Numbered from the stretch's first letter, positions 1-9,629 are shown. The stretch is 64,000 bases of DNA from a bacterium (GCA_039630415.1 JBCNVB010000013.1:160001-224000), one strand, 5' to 3'. The notes: generated by a model not told the origin, from the sequence alone. Program-made: numbers and translations.

Positions 1-1
1 C

Positions 2-130
2 AGAAATCATAGAACTTCTAGAAATATGAAAGATCAAAGAGAACAATCCTACAGAAATTCGAATTATAGGAATAGTAGAGGCCACAGAGGTCAAAGCCAA
101 AGAAGATTTTCAAGTCAAGACGATAGGTAA
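2..130 (+). CDS. 3' end of a CDS entering the window; R/S/N/Q-rich disordered tail (RNA-binding-protein-like C-terminus)
   Basis: Frame 2 is open from the window edge: RNHRTSRNMKDQREQSYRNSNYRNSRGHRGQSQRRFSSQDDR, TAA at 128-130. Not in the ORF track. Confidence 0.6.
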   Translation, partial: RNHRTSRNMKDQREQSYRNSNYRNSRGHRGQSQRRFSSQDDR

Positions 131-153
131 AGGGATTTAGTTCTCCATACCCT

Positions 154-239
154 GGGGAAGTGGCGGAATTGGCAGACGCGTTGGCCTCAGGAGCCAATGA
201 GATCTAAATCTCGTGTGGGTTCGAATCCCACCTTCCCCA
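154..239 (+). tRNA. tRNA-Leu(CAG)
   Basis: Acceptor GGGGAAG/CTTCCCC+A, D-arm TGGCGGAATTGGCAGACGC, anticodon arm TTGGC-CT-CAG-GA-GCCAA, long variable arm, T-arm GTGGG-TTCGAAT-CCCAC. No encoded CCA. Confidence 0.97.
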
Positions 240-262
240 CTTAACATAACTCAGATATCTTC

Positions 263-1033
263 ATGATATACCCAAACCAAACTACCCTCCTATCTTACCT
301 ATCTGAAAAACTTAACATATCAAAAAAAAGTGCAAAGAAAATTATTGATCAGAAGAGGGTATTTGTAAACAATAAAATCGTATGGATAGGTTCTTATCTG
401 GTAGATCCAGCTAAGGACAGAATAATCGTTCTTCCTGAAATAAAGCCAAACTATGAAATATTGTACGAAGATGAAAATTTCGTAATAGTATCTAAAAGTC
501 CTAATTTGGTAGTTGATCAGCATCCCAATAGTTTAGAAGCAATTTTGAAAAAGCAAATAGGTAAGCATGTGAAGGCAGTACACAGAATAGACAAGGATAC
601 TTCAGGAGTAGTGGTTTTTGCTAAGGTCTATAAAGTGTTTGAAGAAGTAAAATCAATCTGGAATACTGTTGAGAAAACCTATTACTGCATATGTTTAAAT
701 GAACCAAGATTTAAAGTCAAGGAGATAAATTACCCCGTAGATGGTAAGTCGGCTATTTCTATAGTCAGTGTGATATCTAAAAGTAGAGGTCTTTGTTTAA
801 TGAAAGTGAGAATTTTTACTGGTAGAAAACATCAAATAAGAATACATCTTAGTTTGATTGGTCATCCAGTTTTAGGGGATTATGTTTATGGTCCAAAAGT
901 TATGAACATAATGGTTGCAAGACAAATGTTACATGCTTATAAAATAGAATTTAGTTTTAGGGGAAAGGTAGTAAGAGCTATATCGGAATTGCCAGAAGAT
1001 ATGAATCAAATTATACATGAGTACGGTTTATAG
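263..1033 (+). CDS. RluA/RluD-family RNA pseudouridine synthase with N-terminal S4-like domain
   Basis: Catalytic HRIDKDTSG, TGRKHQIRIH, GHPVLGDYVYG and RQMLHA motifs. Confidence 0.93.
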   Translation: MIYPNQTTLLSYLSEKLNISKKSAKKIIDQKRVFVNNKIVWIGSYLVDPAKDRIIVLPEIKPNYEILYEDENFVIVSKSPNLVVDQHPNSLEAILKKQIGKHVKAVHRIDKDTSGVVVFAKVYKVFEEVKSIWNTVEKTYYCICLNEPRFKVKEINYPVDGKSAISIVSVISKSRGLCLMKVRIFTGRKHQIRIHLSLIGHPVLGDYVYGPKVMNIMVARQMLHAYKIEFSFRGKVVRAISELPEDMNQIIHEYGL

Positions 1034-1607
1034 GTTATCCTACCCAAGACATGTAAAAAAGGCTTTTGACCTGTTTAAGTTGATTAGGGATAAGTTAAAT
1101 CTAATAGTTTGGGTAGTTGATGCTAGGAGTCCTATTCTAACCTGTAGATATCTATTCGAGTTTATAGAAAGGATAAATTACCGTAAAAATCTGGTTATTT
1201 TTGTTAACAAAATGGATTTGGTAAAAGATTTTGACTATAAGCAATTTAGGAAGTATTTATCAGATTTTTCAAAGGTAAGGTTACCAATTATTTATGGATG
1301 TTATACCAATTGTAAGCAGTTATACGATTATTTACAAAGAATAGCATTAAGAGAGTTATTTGTGAATTGTTTGTTTGTTGGATTACCAAATGTTGGTAAA
1401 TCTTCAGTAATCAATTGTCTTGTCGGTAGAAGTAAGAGTGAGGTATCTAGTAAGCCAGGTACAACTAGGAATGTAAAATGGATTAATCTTAGTTACAATA
1501 TTAGGGTTCTGGATTCACCAGGGATAGTATTACCACTTGAAATTACAAAGGAAGAAGCACAAGAGTTAATTAATTTAGGGATTATAAACAAATCTTTTAT
1601 AATTTAA
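1017..1607 (+). CDS. rbgA: RbgA/YlqF-like circularly permuted ribosome-biogenesis GTPase (short, lacks C-terminal domain)
   Basis: N-terminal YPRHVKKA (cf. FPGHMAKA), VVDARSP, G4 NKMD before G1 GLPNVGKS, G2 PGTT, G3 DSPG. Confidence 0.8.
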   Translation: MSTVYRLSYPRHVKKAFDLFKLIRDKLNLIVWVVDARSPILTCRYLFEFIERINYRKNLVIFVNKMDLVKDFDYKQFRKYLSDFSKVRLPIIYGCYTNCKQLYDYLQRIALRELFVNCLFVGLPNVGKSSVINCLVGRSKSEVSSKPGTTRNVKWINLSYNIRVLDSPGIVLPLEITKEEAQELINLGIINKSFII

Positions 1608-1623
1608 AGGATTTGTTCGATAG

Positions 1624-1641
1624 ACTATAGAACCCTATAGT
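1624..1641. promoter_or_regulatory. Perfect 7-4-7 inverted repeat upstream of the cydA RBS (operator or RNA hairpin)
   Basis: ACTATAG-AACC-CTATAGT, followed by purine-rich RBS GGGGAGAGGGTG. Confidence 0.4.
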
Positions 1642-1661
1642 AGGGGAGAGGGTGATAAAAG

Positions 1662-3074
1662 ATGGAACTAATACTAGCAAGAATACACTTTGCCATGGCA
1701 ACAACATTTCACTTCATATTTCCTGCAATAACCATAGGATTAGCTCTTCTAATACTTATTTTTCAAACCCTATATCTTTTTAGGGAGAAGGAGGAGTATA
1801 ATAAGATATCCCAGTTACTAGTCAAAATACTAGCAGTAGTATTTGTAGTGGGTGTGGTTACTGGATTTACACTATCATTTGCATTTGGAATGTACTGGGC
1901 TAAATTCTCCAAAATAGCTGGGGATTTGATAGGAATAACCCTTACTGCGGAAGGAGTGTTTGCATTCTTTCTAGAGGGAGTGTTTTTGGGTTTATTACTA
2001 TTTGGGCAGAACAGATTACCTAAATTCATGTACTGGTTTTCTACGCTGATGGTATTTTTAGGCACTCATTTATCAGCATTTTTTATCTTAGCAACAAATA
2101 GTTGGATGCAAACACCGGCAGGTTATGAAATAATAAAAAATGCAATTGGACAAGTAGAAAAAATAATCATAGTAGACTGGGTCCAAGCAATATTTAATCC
2201 ATCGACGATAGCTAGAATGCTTCATACAACTGTAGCAACATGGATAACAGGATCTTTACTATCTTCAGCAATAGCGGCATACTACCTAATCAATAAGAAA
2301 AATCTTGAAGTAGCTAGAATTATGTTTAAAATTTCATTTGTAATTTTTGCACTATCAGCGGTTGGTCAATTCTTTACTGGACACTTACAAGCTATGGTAG
2401 CATACAAATATCAGCCTGCAAAAGTGGCAGCTTTTGAAGCAATGTGGGAAACGACGAGGGGACCCAATATACCAATGTCTATAATAGCAATAGTAGATGA
2501 AAAAAACCAGAGAAACATAATAGATATTCAGGTTCCCTACTTAAATGCTCTATTGTATGGAATAGAGTTTTTCCCGCCTCACATGGACTTAAATATAGAA
2601 ATGAAGGGAATAAAAGAATTTGTTAAAACACTGGACGATGGAACAGTCGTAAAGGAGCACCCACCGGTAGCTATAACCTACTATACTTTCAGGATAATGA
2701 TATTTCTCGGAAGCTTTTTCGCATTACTAGGATTGATGGGTTTATTGTTGATATACAAGAATGCTTACGAAAATCCCAAGTTTCTAAAGGCTGTTTTACA
2801 TTCATGGCCCTTACCATTTATAGCAAACACTGCAGGATGGTATACAGCTGAAATAGGTAGACAACCGTATATAATATACGGAATAATCAAGACTAAAGAC
2901 ACTTTAACTCCTGGTTTAAATACACTAAACGTATTTTTAACGATAATTTTACTACTTGCTTTCTTCGTATTTCTATCTTACGTAGCTTACCAACTTATAA
3001 CAAAAATAATTAAAGAGAATAATTTAGAAAAAGTGGAAGTAGAAGAGCTAAGGCAAGCTTCTCAGGAAGCATAG
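1662..3074 (+). CDS. cydA: Cytochrome bd quinol oxidase subunit I (short Q-loop type)
   Basis: FHFIFP (His19), EGVFAFFLE, NSWMQTP, RMLH (His186), QPAKVAAFE, FRIM (Met393), GWYTAEIGRQP. Confidence 0.97.
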   Translation: MELILARIHFAMATTFHFIFPAITIGLALLILIFQTLYLFREKEEYNKISQLLVKILAVVFVVGVVTGFTLSFAFGMYWAKFSKIAGDLIGITLTAEGVFAFFLEGVFLGLLLFGQNRLPKFMYWFSTLMVFLGTHLSAFFILATNSWMQTPAGYEIIKNAIGQVEKIIIVDWVQAIFNPSTIARMLHTTVATWITGSLLSSAIAAYYLINKKNLEVARIMFKISFVIFALSAVGQFFTGHLQAMVAYKYQPAKVAAFEAMWETTRGPNIPMSIIAIVDEKNQRNIIDIQVPYLNALLYGIEFFPPHMDLNIEMKGIKEFVKTLDDGTVVKEHPPVAITYYTFRIMIFLGSFFALLGLMGLLLIYKNAYENPKFLKAVLHSWPLPFIANTAGWYTAEIGRQPYIIYGIIKTKDTLTPGLNTLNVFLTIILLLAFFVFLSYVAYQLITKIIKENNLEKVEVEELRQASQEA

Positions 3075-3087
3075 GAGGAGATGTAAC

Positions 3088-4071
3088 ATGGAAGGATATG
3101 TTACTCAACATCTACTATACCTAGCAATAGGAGCTGCATTCTTTGTATATACGTTCCTATATGGTCCTATTTTAGGAAGTGGCAGTGTATTTCACGTAAT
3201 ATCAAAAGAAGAGGCTGATAAAAAGGCGGTAATACATTCAGTAGTACCGTTTTGGGATGGAGCTGGAGTATGGTTAATAGCAGCTGCGGTGCTAATATGG
3301 GGAGGATTTCCACAAGCTTATGCAACGATCTTTGGTGGATTCTTCCTTGCTGTCTTCTTACTTCTTATTTCTCTTTTGCTTTCTATTGCTTCAATAGAGA
3401 TGTACTTAAAAGATGAAAAAAGAAGAAATTTTTGGGCCAATTGCTACTTTATAGGTAATCTAGTTTCTTCACTTATTTTGGGAGTGGCATTGGGAAATAT
3501 AATAATGGGTATACCTATGAGTAAAGAAATGTGGTTTACGGGTAACTTTTTTACTCTTCTTAGACCCTATGCTTTATTAGTAGGACTGTTAGGACTTAGC
3601 TTGTTGATAACACATGCAATGGGATATTTGATTATCAAAGTAGAAGGTAATGTACCTACTAAAGCTCAGGAGATAATAAAATATTCTAATTCTGCTTTCT
3701 TAATTCTTTTTGTGATCTTTGTTTTTGTTACTCATCACATGTTTAAAAATTTGCCTTTGCTCTTTTGGATTATAAGTGCAATAATAATTCTACTAAGCAT
3801 ATCTATGTTTTTTGTTAGATCAAATTATTTTTGGATATCTACTGCTAAACTATTTTTCAGTTGGTGTTTAATAGGAGTTATACAGTATCCCTATCTTGTA
3901 AGAGGTATAGGAGATATAGGTATAACTATTTTTAATAACTCATCGTCTCCTGTAACACAAAAGGTTATGCTAGCTATTCTAGCTATAGGTTTACCAATCG
4001 TAGCACTTTATACATATTATAGCTATTTTGTTTTTAGAGGGAAGTTCTCCGGCAAAGAGCAAATGTACTAG
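3088..4071 (+). CDS. cydB: Cytochrome bd quinol oxidase subunit II (divergent)
   Basis: Follows cydA with GGAGG RBS; PFWDG..VWL, FPQAYA, GVALGNII.G, YT..SY.VFRGK; multi-TM. Confidence 0.92.
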   Translation: MEGYVTQHLLYLAIGAAFFVYTFLYGPILGSGSVFHVISKEEADKKAVIHSVVPFWDGAGVWLIAAAVLIWGGFPQAYATIFGGFFLAVFLLLISLLLSIASIEMYLKDEKRRNFWANCYFIGNLVSSLILGVALGNIIMGIPMSKEMWFTGNFFTLLRPYALLVGLLGLSLLITHAMGYLIIKVEGNVPTKAQEIIKYSNSAFLILFVIFVFVTHHMFKNLPLLFWIISAIIILLSISMFFVRSNYFWISTAKLFFSWCLIGVIQYPYLVRGIGDIGITIFNNSSSPVTQKVMLAILAIGLPIVALYTYYSYFVFRGKFSGKEQMY

Positions 4072-4094
4072 ATAAGCTTAAGCACTGCTATAAT

Positions 4095-5525
4095 ATGGAA
4101 ATTATAAAAAAAGTAGAAGAATATACTTACCAAGTATATAGAGAGGGTGTTTCCAAAGTACCTGCCCTTGTTTTTGCTAATGAAGAAATAATTCAATCAA
4201 TTCAGAACGATCAATCTCTACAACAAATAATAAACGTTACGAATTTACAGGGTTTAGTTGGAGTTTTTGTAATGCCAGATGTTCACTGGGGATATGGTTT
4301 TCCTATTGGCGCAGTAGCTTGTACAGATTACCATAATGGTGGGATAATATCTCCAGGAGGAATAGGATTTGATATCAACTGTGGAGTTAGACTTTTAAAA
4401 ACAAACTTGTTTGCAAATGAAATAAACGAGAAGATCAAGTCGAAGTTATTGGATAGTTTATTTGAACATGTTCCTTCTGGTCTGGCTAGTGAGAGTGATA
4501 TAAGGTTTTCCAAGGGTGAGTTTAAGAAAGTTTTAGAGAAGGGGTTAAATTGGGCTTTGGAAAATGATATGGCTTATCCAGAAGAAGTAGAGTTAGTAGA
4601 GGATAGAGGGGTAAAAGATGATGTTGATGCAGATATAGCAAGTAATGAAGCGCTGGAAAGGGGTAGAGTTCAATTAGGTACGTTAGGATCAGGAAATCAT
4701 TTTCTAGAACTTCAAATAGTTGAAAAAATATACAATAAGGAAGCAGCAGAGGTTTTGGGATTACATGAAAACCAGCTTGTTGTGATGATTCACTGTGGTT
4801 CTAGAGGGTTTGGACATCAAATAGCTACTGATTATATCAACATAATGCTTAAATCAATGGAAAAATATGGTATAAAGGTAATGGATAAACAGTTAGCATG
4901 TGTTCCTGCAAATAGCCCGCAAGGAAGAGAATATATAACAGCAATGAATACTGCTGCTAACTATGCGCATTTGAATAGGCAAATAATTACATACAAAGTA
5001 AGGGAGGCTTTTAAACGTACTCTAGGAAAAAGTGTTAAAATTGATTTAGTTTATGATATAAGTCATAATATGGCTACAATAGAGGATTGCAACTTACAAG
5101 GAAAGAAAGTGAAGTTAGTTATGCATAGGAAAGGAGCTACAAGAGCTTTACCTCCTAACCATCCTCTTTTACCAGAAAAATACAAAAAGATTGGACAACC
5201 CGTATTTATACCAGGTGACATGGGAAGATATTCGTTTGTTTTAACTGGTACTCAAAAAGCTTATCAACTTACATTTGGACACACTTGTCATGGAGCAGGA
5301 AGGGTGAAAAGTAGAAATCAGGTTAAAAAGCAGATAAATTATGAAAATTTGCTAAAGCAACTAGCAGAAAAAGGTATAATGGTAAAAGCTTCTAGTAGAT
5401 CCACTGTAGTAGAGGAAGCTCCTGAGGCATATAAGGACGCCTCTATAGTAGTAGACATAGTAAGTAAAGTGGGTATATCTTCGTTAGTTGCCAAACTTAA
5501 ACCTATAGGTGTGGTAAAAGGGTAA
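4095..5525 (+). CDS. rtcB: RtcB RNA 3'-phosphate/5'-OH ligase (long, archaeal/eukaryal-like type)
   Basis: MPDVHWGYGFPIG, GFDINCGVR, GNHFLE, HCGSRG, HN, HRKGAT, PGDMG, CHGAGR, EEAPEAYKD, KG C-terminus. Confidence 0.97.
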   Translation: MEIIKKVEEYTYQVYREGVSKVPALVFANEEIIQSIQNDQSLQQIINVTNLQGLVGVFVMPDVHWGYGFPIGAVACTDYHNGGIISPGGIGFDINCGVRLLKTNLFANEINEKIKSKLLDSLFEHVPSGLASESDIRFSKGEFKKVLEKGLNWALENDMAYPEEVELVEDRGVKDDVDADIASNEALERGRVQLGTLGSGNHFLELQIVEKIYNKEAAEVLGLHENQLVVMIHCGSRGFGHQIATDYINIMLKSMEKYGIKVMDKQLACVPANSPQGREYITAMNTAANYAHLNRQIITYKVREAFKRTLGKSVKIDLVYDISHNMATIEDCNLQGKKVKLVMHRKGATRALPPNHPLLPEKYKKIGQPVFIPGDMGRYSFVLTGTQKAYQLTFGHTCHGAGRVKSRNQVKKQINYENLLKQLAEKGIMVKASSRSTVVEEAPEAYKDASIVVDIVSKVGISSLVAKLKPIGVVKG

Positions 5526-5551
5526 TAAAATAAGCAAAGGGAGGAAAATAT

Positions 5552-7303
5552 ATGTATTGTGTATGGAAAATATCCGGCGAACAGGGAGAGGGAATAGATT
5601 CGACAGGACACATTTTTGCTTTTAACGCTTTCAAGAATGGATTTGAAATAACCACCTATAGAAAATACTCCTCTAGAATAAAAGGAGGAAATACTACGTT
5701 TGAAGTTAAGTTTTCTGATAAACCAGTTTTTGCAAGATCAAAGAAAATAGATGTTCTAATAGCACTTGATCAGGATGCTATAAAAGTTTCTAGAGAGCAA
5801 ATAAGACCATCAACGTTTGTGATATATGATCCAAGTACTACCATAGACGGTTTACAAGATACTGATTGTGTAAAATTACCTATTCAGCTTACTAAGATTG
5901 CGAGAGATATAACGGGTAGTGGTTTGTCTAAAAATATGGTTTCATTAGGAGCTTCGATAGCTATTTTCAATAATTTAGATTACTCTTTTATTTTATCGCA
6001 GATAGAGAAGAGGTTTTCTAGGAAGTCAGTTGAAGTAGCGGAGAAAAATAAAAAGGCTTTTATAGAGGGTTATAATATAGCAAAACAAATGATTTTATCT
6101 ATGGGATATTCGACAGTACAGGTACCTGCAGTAAATGGGGACAATAAAAGGATGTTGATGAGTGGGAATGAGGGGTTATGTTTGGGTGCGCTTGCTGCTG
6201 GTTGTAAATTTTTCTCGGGTTATCCTATTACTCCGGCGAGTAGTATTTTGGAGTTTATGGTAAAGAATATAGGTAATTTTGGTGGTATAGCGATACAGAC
6301 GGAAGATGAAATATCAGCGATAAATTCGTGTATAGGTGCGTCATTAGCTGGGGTAAGGGCGATGACTGCTACTTCTGGCCCTGGGTTTTCCTTGATGGTA
6401 GAAGGTATAGGGTATGCATATATGACCGAAACTCCGATAGTAGTTGCAAATATTCAGCGTGGAGGACCTTCTACTGGCCTACCAACTAAAACTGAAAATG
6501 CCGATATATTAATGTCCCTATTTTGTGCTCATGGAGATAACGAAAAGATAGTTATTTTCCCTTCAGATCCTTATGAAATGTTCATGTATACCATAGAGGC
6601 TTTTAATTTAGCTGAAAAGTATCAGTTACCGGTCATTATACTTTCCGATCTTAACTTAGGTGAAAATGTATATACTACTCAAGCAATTTCTGATGAGGTT
6701 CTATCCAACATAAAAATAGATAGGGGTAAGTATATATCTTCGCCATCGGATGGTAAGATATATCGTTATGATTTTACGGAGGATGGTATAAGTTATAGGA
6801 TAATACCTTCTGTAAAAGGCTTACAATTTCAAACGTCGGGTAACGAACATAACGAGAAGGGGTTCATAACGGAAAATCCTTCTATTAGGTTAAAGATGGT
6901 TGAGAAAAGAATGAAAAAGTTACTAAGTTTTAAGGATAATTTTACTTGTTATGAGGACATTGGGAAAGATCCCAAAATTAGTATCATTACATATGGAATG
7001 AATTATCACATTGTTAAAGAGGTGTGTACAACTTTATATGAAGCGACTAATATTCCGGTTAGGTTAATAAAGTTGGTTGTTTTGTATCCCTTCCCTACGG
7101 AGAAAATTGAACAGTTTACCTATAACTCTGACTTATTAATTTTTGTCGAGCAAAATTATTTGGGTCAAGTTAGGAGATTGTATTACATGTTTGGGGGAAA
7201 CAAGAAAAGTATATTGGTTAGGAAATATGATGGTGAACCATTTTATTTTGAAGATCTGCTAGAAAATCTTAAGGTTGCTATTCTCCAGCGCTCTAGAGTT
7301 TGA
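5552..7303 (+). CDS. 2-oxoacid:ferredoxin oxidoreductase alpha subunit (fused gamma-alpha, KorA type)
   Basis: GEQGEGI, YSSRIKGG, GYPITPAS, EDEI, TATSGPG, QRGGPSTGLPT, SGNEH. Confidence 0.93.
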   Translation: MYCVWKISGEQGEGIDSTGHIFAFNAFKNGFEITTYRKYSSRIKGGNTTFEVKFSDKPVFARSKKIDVLIALDQDAIKVSREQIRPSTFVIYDPSTTIDGLQDTDCVKLPIQLTKIARDITGSGLSKNMVSLGASIAIFNNLDYSFILSQIEKRFSRKSVEVAEKNKKAFIEGYNIAKQMILSMGYSTVQVPAVNGDNKRMLMSGNEGLCLGALAAGCKFFSGYPITPASSILEFMVKNIGNFGGIAIQTEDEISAINSCIGASLAGVRAMTATSGPGFSLMVEGIGYAYMTETPIVVANIQRGGPSTGLPTKTENADILMSLFCAHGDNEKIVIFPSDPYEMFMYTIEAFNLAEKYQLPVIILSDLNLGENVYTTQAISDEVLSNIKIDRGKYISSPSDGKIYRYDFTEDGISYRIIPSVKGLQFQTSGNEHNEKGFITENPSIRLKMVEKRMKKLLSFKDNFTCYEDIGKDPKISIITYGMNYHIVKEVCTTLYEATNIPVRLIKLVVLYPFPTEKIEQFTYNSDLLIFVEQNYLGQVRRLYYMFGGNKKSILVRKYDGEPFYFEDLLENLKVAILQRSRV

Positions 7304-7328
7304 AAAGGGTTTAGAACGAATGTAGTAA

Positions 7329-8117
7329 ATGAAGGTTGGTTTTTTGACAATATTCCCCCACTTAGTTAATTATATGATACAGAATTTGTCTTTAACTAAA
7401 AGATCTATTAGAAGACAGAAAGTTGAGTTTAAAGTAGTGGATGTAAGGGGATTTTGTAAGGATAAGCATTTGCAGGTTGATGACTATATTTTTGGATCTA
7501 AGAAGGGTATGATAATGAGATTTGATGTTCTTTTGGAATCTCTTATTTACTGTAAAAATGAGTTTGTTAATCCGTATGTGATACTGCCTTCTCCGAGGGG
7601 TAGGGTGATTTGCCAGTATACTATAAAGGATTTGTCTAAGTTAGATGAATTGATTTTCATTTGTCCGAATTATGAGGGGGTTGATGATAGGATTTTAAGG
7701 TTTGTAAACGAGGAATTATCGATTGGTGATTATGTGATTAGTTCTGGTGAGTTGGCTTCTTTTGTAATACTTGAGGCGATATTAAGATATAAGTTTATTG
7801 ATTCTGAGCAACCTTTGGTGGATAAAGCCAGTGTACTTGATGACAGTTTTAACTATGCAGGTATGGATTGCTTACTGGAACCCTTGCAATATACTAGACC
7901 TAGAGTACTAAAGTTTAATAATTTCGAGATACCGGTTGAGGAGTATGTTTACTCTGGAAATCATGAACAAATACGTAAAAATAATATTAAGAATGCTATT
8001 AACCTAACAATCTTTAAAAAACCGCATTTGATAAAAAAGTTTCTAAATAAATATTACAATACGGTTGATAAGAAGCTTATTTTTGAAGCTTTCCTAGATT
8101 TTTGTTTCCCTTCATGA
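7329..8117 (+). CDS. trmD: tRNA (guanine37-N1)-methyltransferase TrmD
   Basis: FLTIFP, VDD, SPRG, YEGVDDR, SIGDYVISSGE, LLE..QYTRP, SGNH. Confidence 0.9.
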   Translation: MKVGFLTIFPHLVNYMIQNLSLTKRSIRRQKVEFKVVDVRGFCKDKHLQVDDYIFGSKKGMIMRFDVLLESLIYCKNEFVNPYVILPSPRGRVICQYTIKDLSKLDELIFICPNYEGVDDRILRFVNEELSIGDYVISSGELASFVILEAILRYKFIDSEQPLVDKASVLDDSFNYAGMDCLLEPLQYTRPRVLKFNNFEIPVEEYVYSGNHEQIRKNNIKNAINLTIFKKPHLIKKFLNKYYNTVDKKLIFEAFLDFCFPS

Positions 8118-9625
8118 TAATCTATTTGCCAAAGACTAAACTTTGTATTGAGGTTCCGGATAGTCTTAACTTATCTTTTGATAGGTTGTATGTTTTTAGC
8201 ATAAGAAAGTATTTTTTCTTAGGAATTCCTTTAAAGAGCTATCCAAAAATAAGCACAAAGATAGTAAAAATAGCTAAACCTAGAATTGTTGATTCAATCC
8301 AAATAGATAATTTAAGTATCTTACTTGATAGTTTTTGCAAGATTGTAGATAGCATTAATTTAAAAAGCCTTATTAGCTATTTGTACAAGGGTTTGGATAA
8401 GATTATTGATATGCTTATTGAGTACAGAAATTTGATTAAAATTCAATTTAAAGGAATTATAAAAATCTCTCATAGTTCGATTTACAAAATAGAGCATAAT
8501 TACTTAGATGGGTATAGTACGGTTTTTGTAGAGCTAAAAAAATTTAGTAAACAGCATATACAAAAAGTGATAAGGGGTTTAAGGAGGAAAATAAAAAGAA
8601 GATTCAAGTACGATTTTGATTATGTCTTTGAACCCAAAAATTTTGATTTACTAGGTAAGTTGAGTGATGAGGGTTCAAAATTTGCATATAGGTTTGTTCG
8701 TAGAAATAAGAAGGATCGAACTAAGCTGGATAAGATAGTTGATGAATCCAAGAAAAACTTACTTATTGTTTATGATTATAAGTTGATAGGTGATAAGATT
8801 GATTTTGAAGATTTGGTTTTGCCTGTGTGGGGTCTTCTTCTTTACAGATTTTTTGATAACATAGTTATTGATTATTTTCATTTTTGGGGGGTGTTTTATG
8901 AATTATTTTTAAAGTTGGGATCAAAGCTAGTTTTTTATTCTTACATTCCGGTTTTTGGAAACTATAGATCGTACTTTGACATTTACAAGCAGAGTATAAT
9001 AAGTGACTTTGTGGAAATAAAGGAAAAGCTTATTTTTGAGAGTTATTCTGTCTGGGATGTTGAGAAAATGGTGTCTGGCCAAGGTACCAATTATTTTTTT
9101 ATTTTTAGCTTGAGTTCTGGTTTTAATAGGATTTACTGTGGTTATTGTAAAAAATCTCCATATTGTGAGGTTTGCAATTCTGTGCTTAGATTATTTAAAA
9201 ATAATTATCTTCGATGTCCCAAATGTAAAATCAAGTATGATTTTTTTCATTGTCAGTATTGTAATAAGTATGAATGGAAAATTACGAAGATAAGTTATAG
9301 TGAGAAATTTGCTGGAGATAGGGTAAAATTTTTAGACTTCTTGCCATTTGATTTTGCTTATTATGTTGGGAAAGAGAAGGTGGTTGTTGGGATAGATTAC
9401 TTTTCACTATCAAAACCTTTCATAGTAAAGGAGTTAAACCTATGGTATATTCTGTTTAAAGTTATAAATGAGTTAAATGTTGAATCATTGTTTTTGTTTA
9501 ATACGGAAGATTTTTCAACTTTTGACTATTTTCATCAGTTTATATATTCGAATGATTTTGAGGATTTGATAGATAGGTTGGTAGAGTTGGTTGAGATTGA
9601 AAATAGGATAAGACAAATGGTATAG
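8114..9625 (+). CDS. PriA-like protein retaining the 8-Cys zinc region, helicase motifs not recognisable
   Basis: GF....CGYC-x5-CEVC-x13-CPKC-x8-CQYC resembles the PriA Cys-rich region; ATG at 8114 overlaps the trmD TGA (ATGA). Confidence 0.55.
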   Translation: MIIYLPKTKLCIEVPDSLNLSFDRLYVFSIRKYFFLGIPLKSYPKISTKIVKIAKPRIVDSIQIDNLSILLDSFCKIVDSINLKSLISYLYKGLDKIIDMLIEYRNLIKIQFKGIIKISHSSIYKIEHNYLDGYSTVFVELKKFSKQHIQKVIRGLRRKIKRRFKYDFDYVFEPKNFDLLGKLSDEGSKFAYRFVRRNKKDRTKLDKIVDESKKNLLIVYDYKLIGDKIDFEDLVLPVWGLLLYRFFDNIVIDYFHFWGVFYELFLKLGSKLVFYSYIPVFGNYRSYFDIYKQSIISDFVEIKEKLIFESYSVWDVEKMVSGQGTNYFFIFSLSSGFNRIYCGYCKKSPYCEVCNSVLRLFKNNYLRCPKCKIKYDFFHCQYCNKYEWKITKISYSEKFAGDRVKFLDFLPFDFAYYVGKEKVVVGIDYFSLSKPFIVKELNLWYILFKVINELNVESLFLFNTEDFSTFDYFHQFIYSNDFEDLIDRLVELVEIENRIRQMV

Positions 9626-9629
9626 GCGG

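Noticed and set aside
4095..5525. Intein in RtcB
   Set aside because: 476 aa with contiguous motifs; no insertion or intein splice-junction residues.
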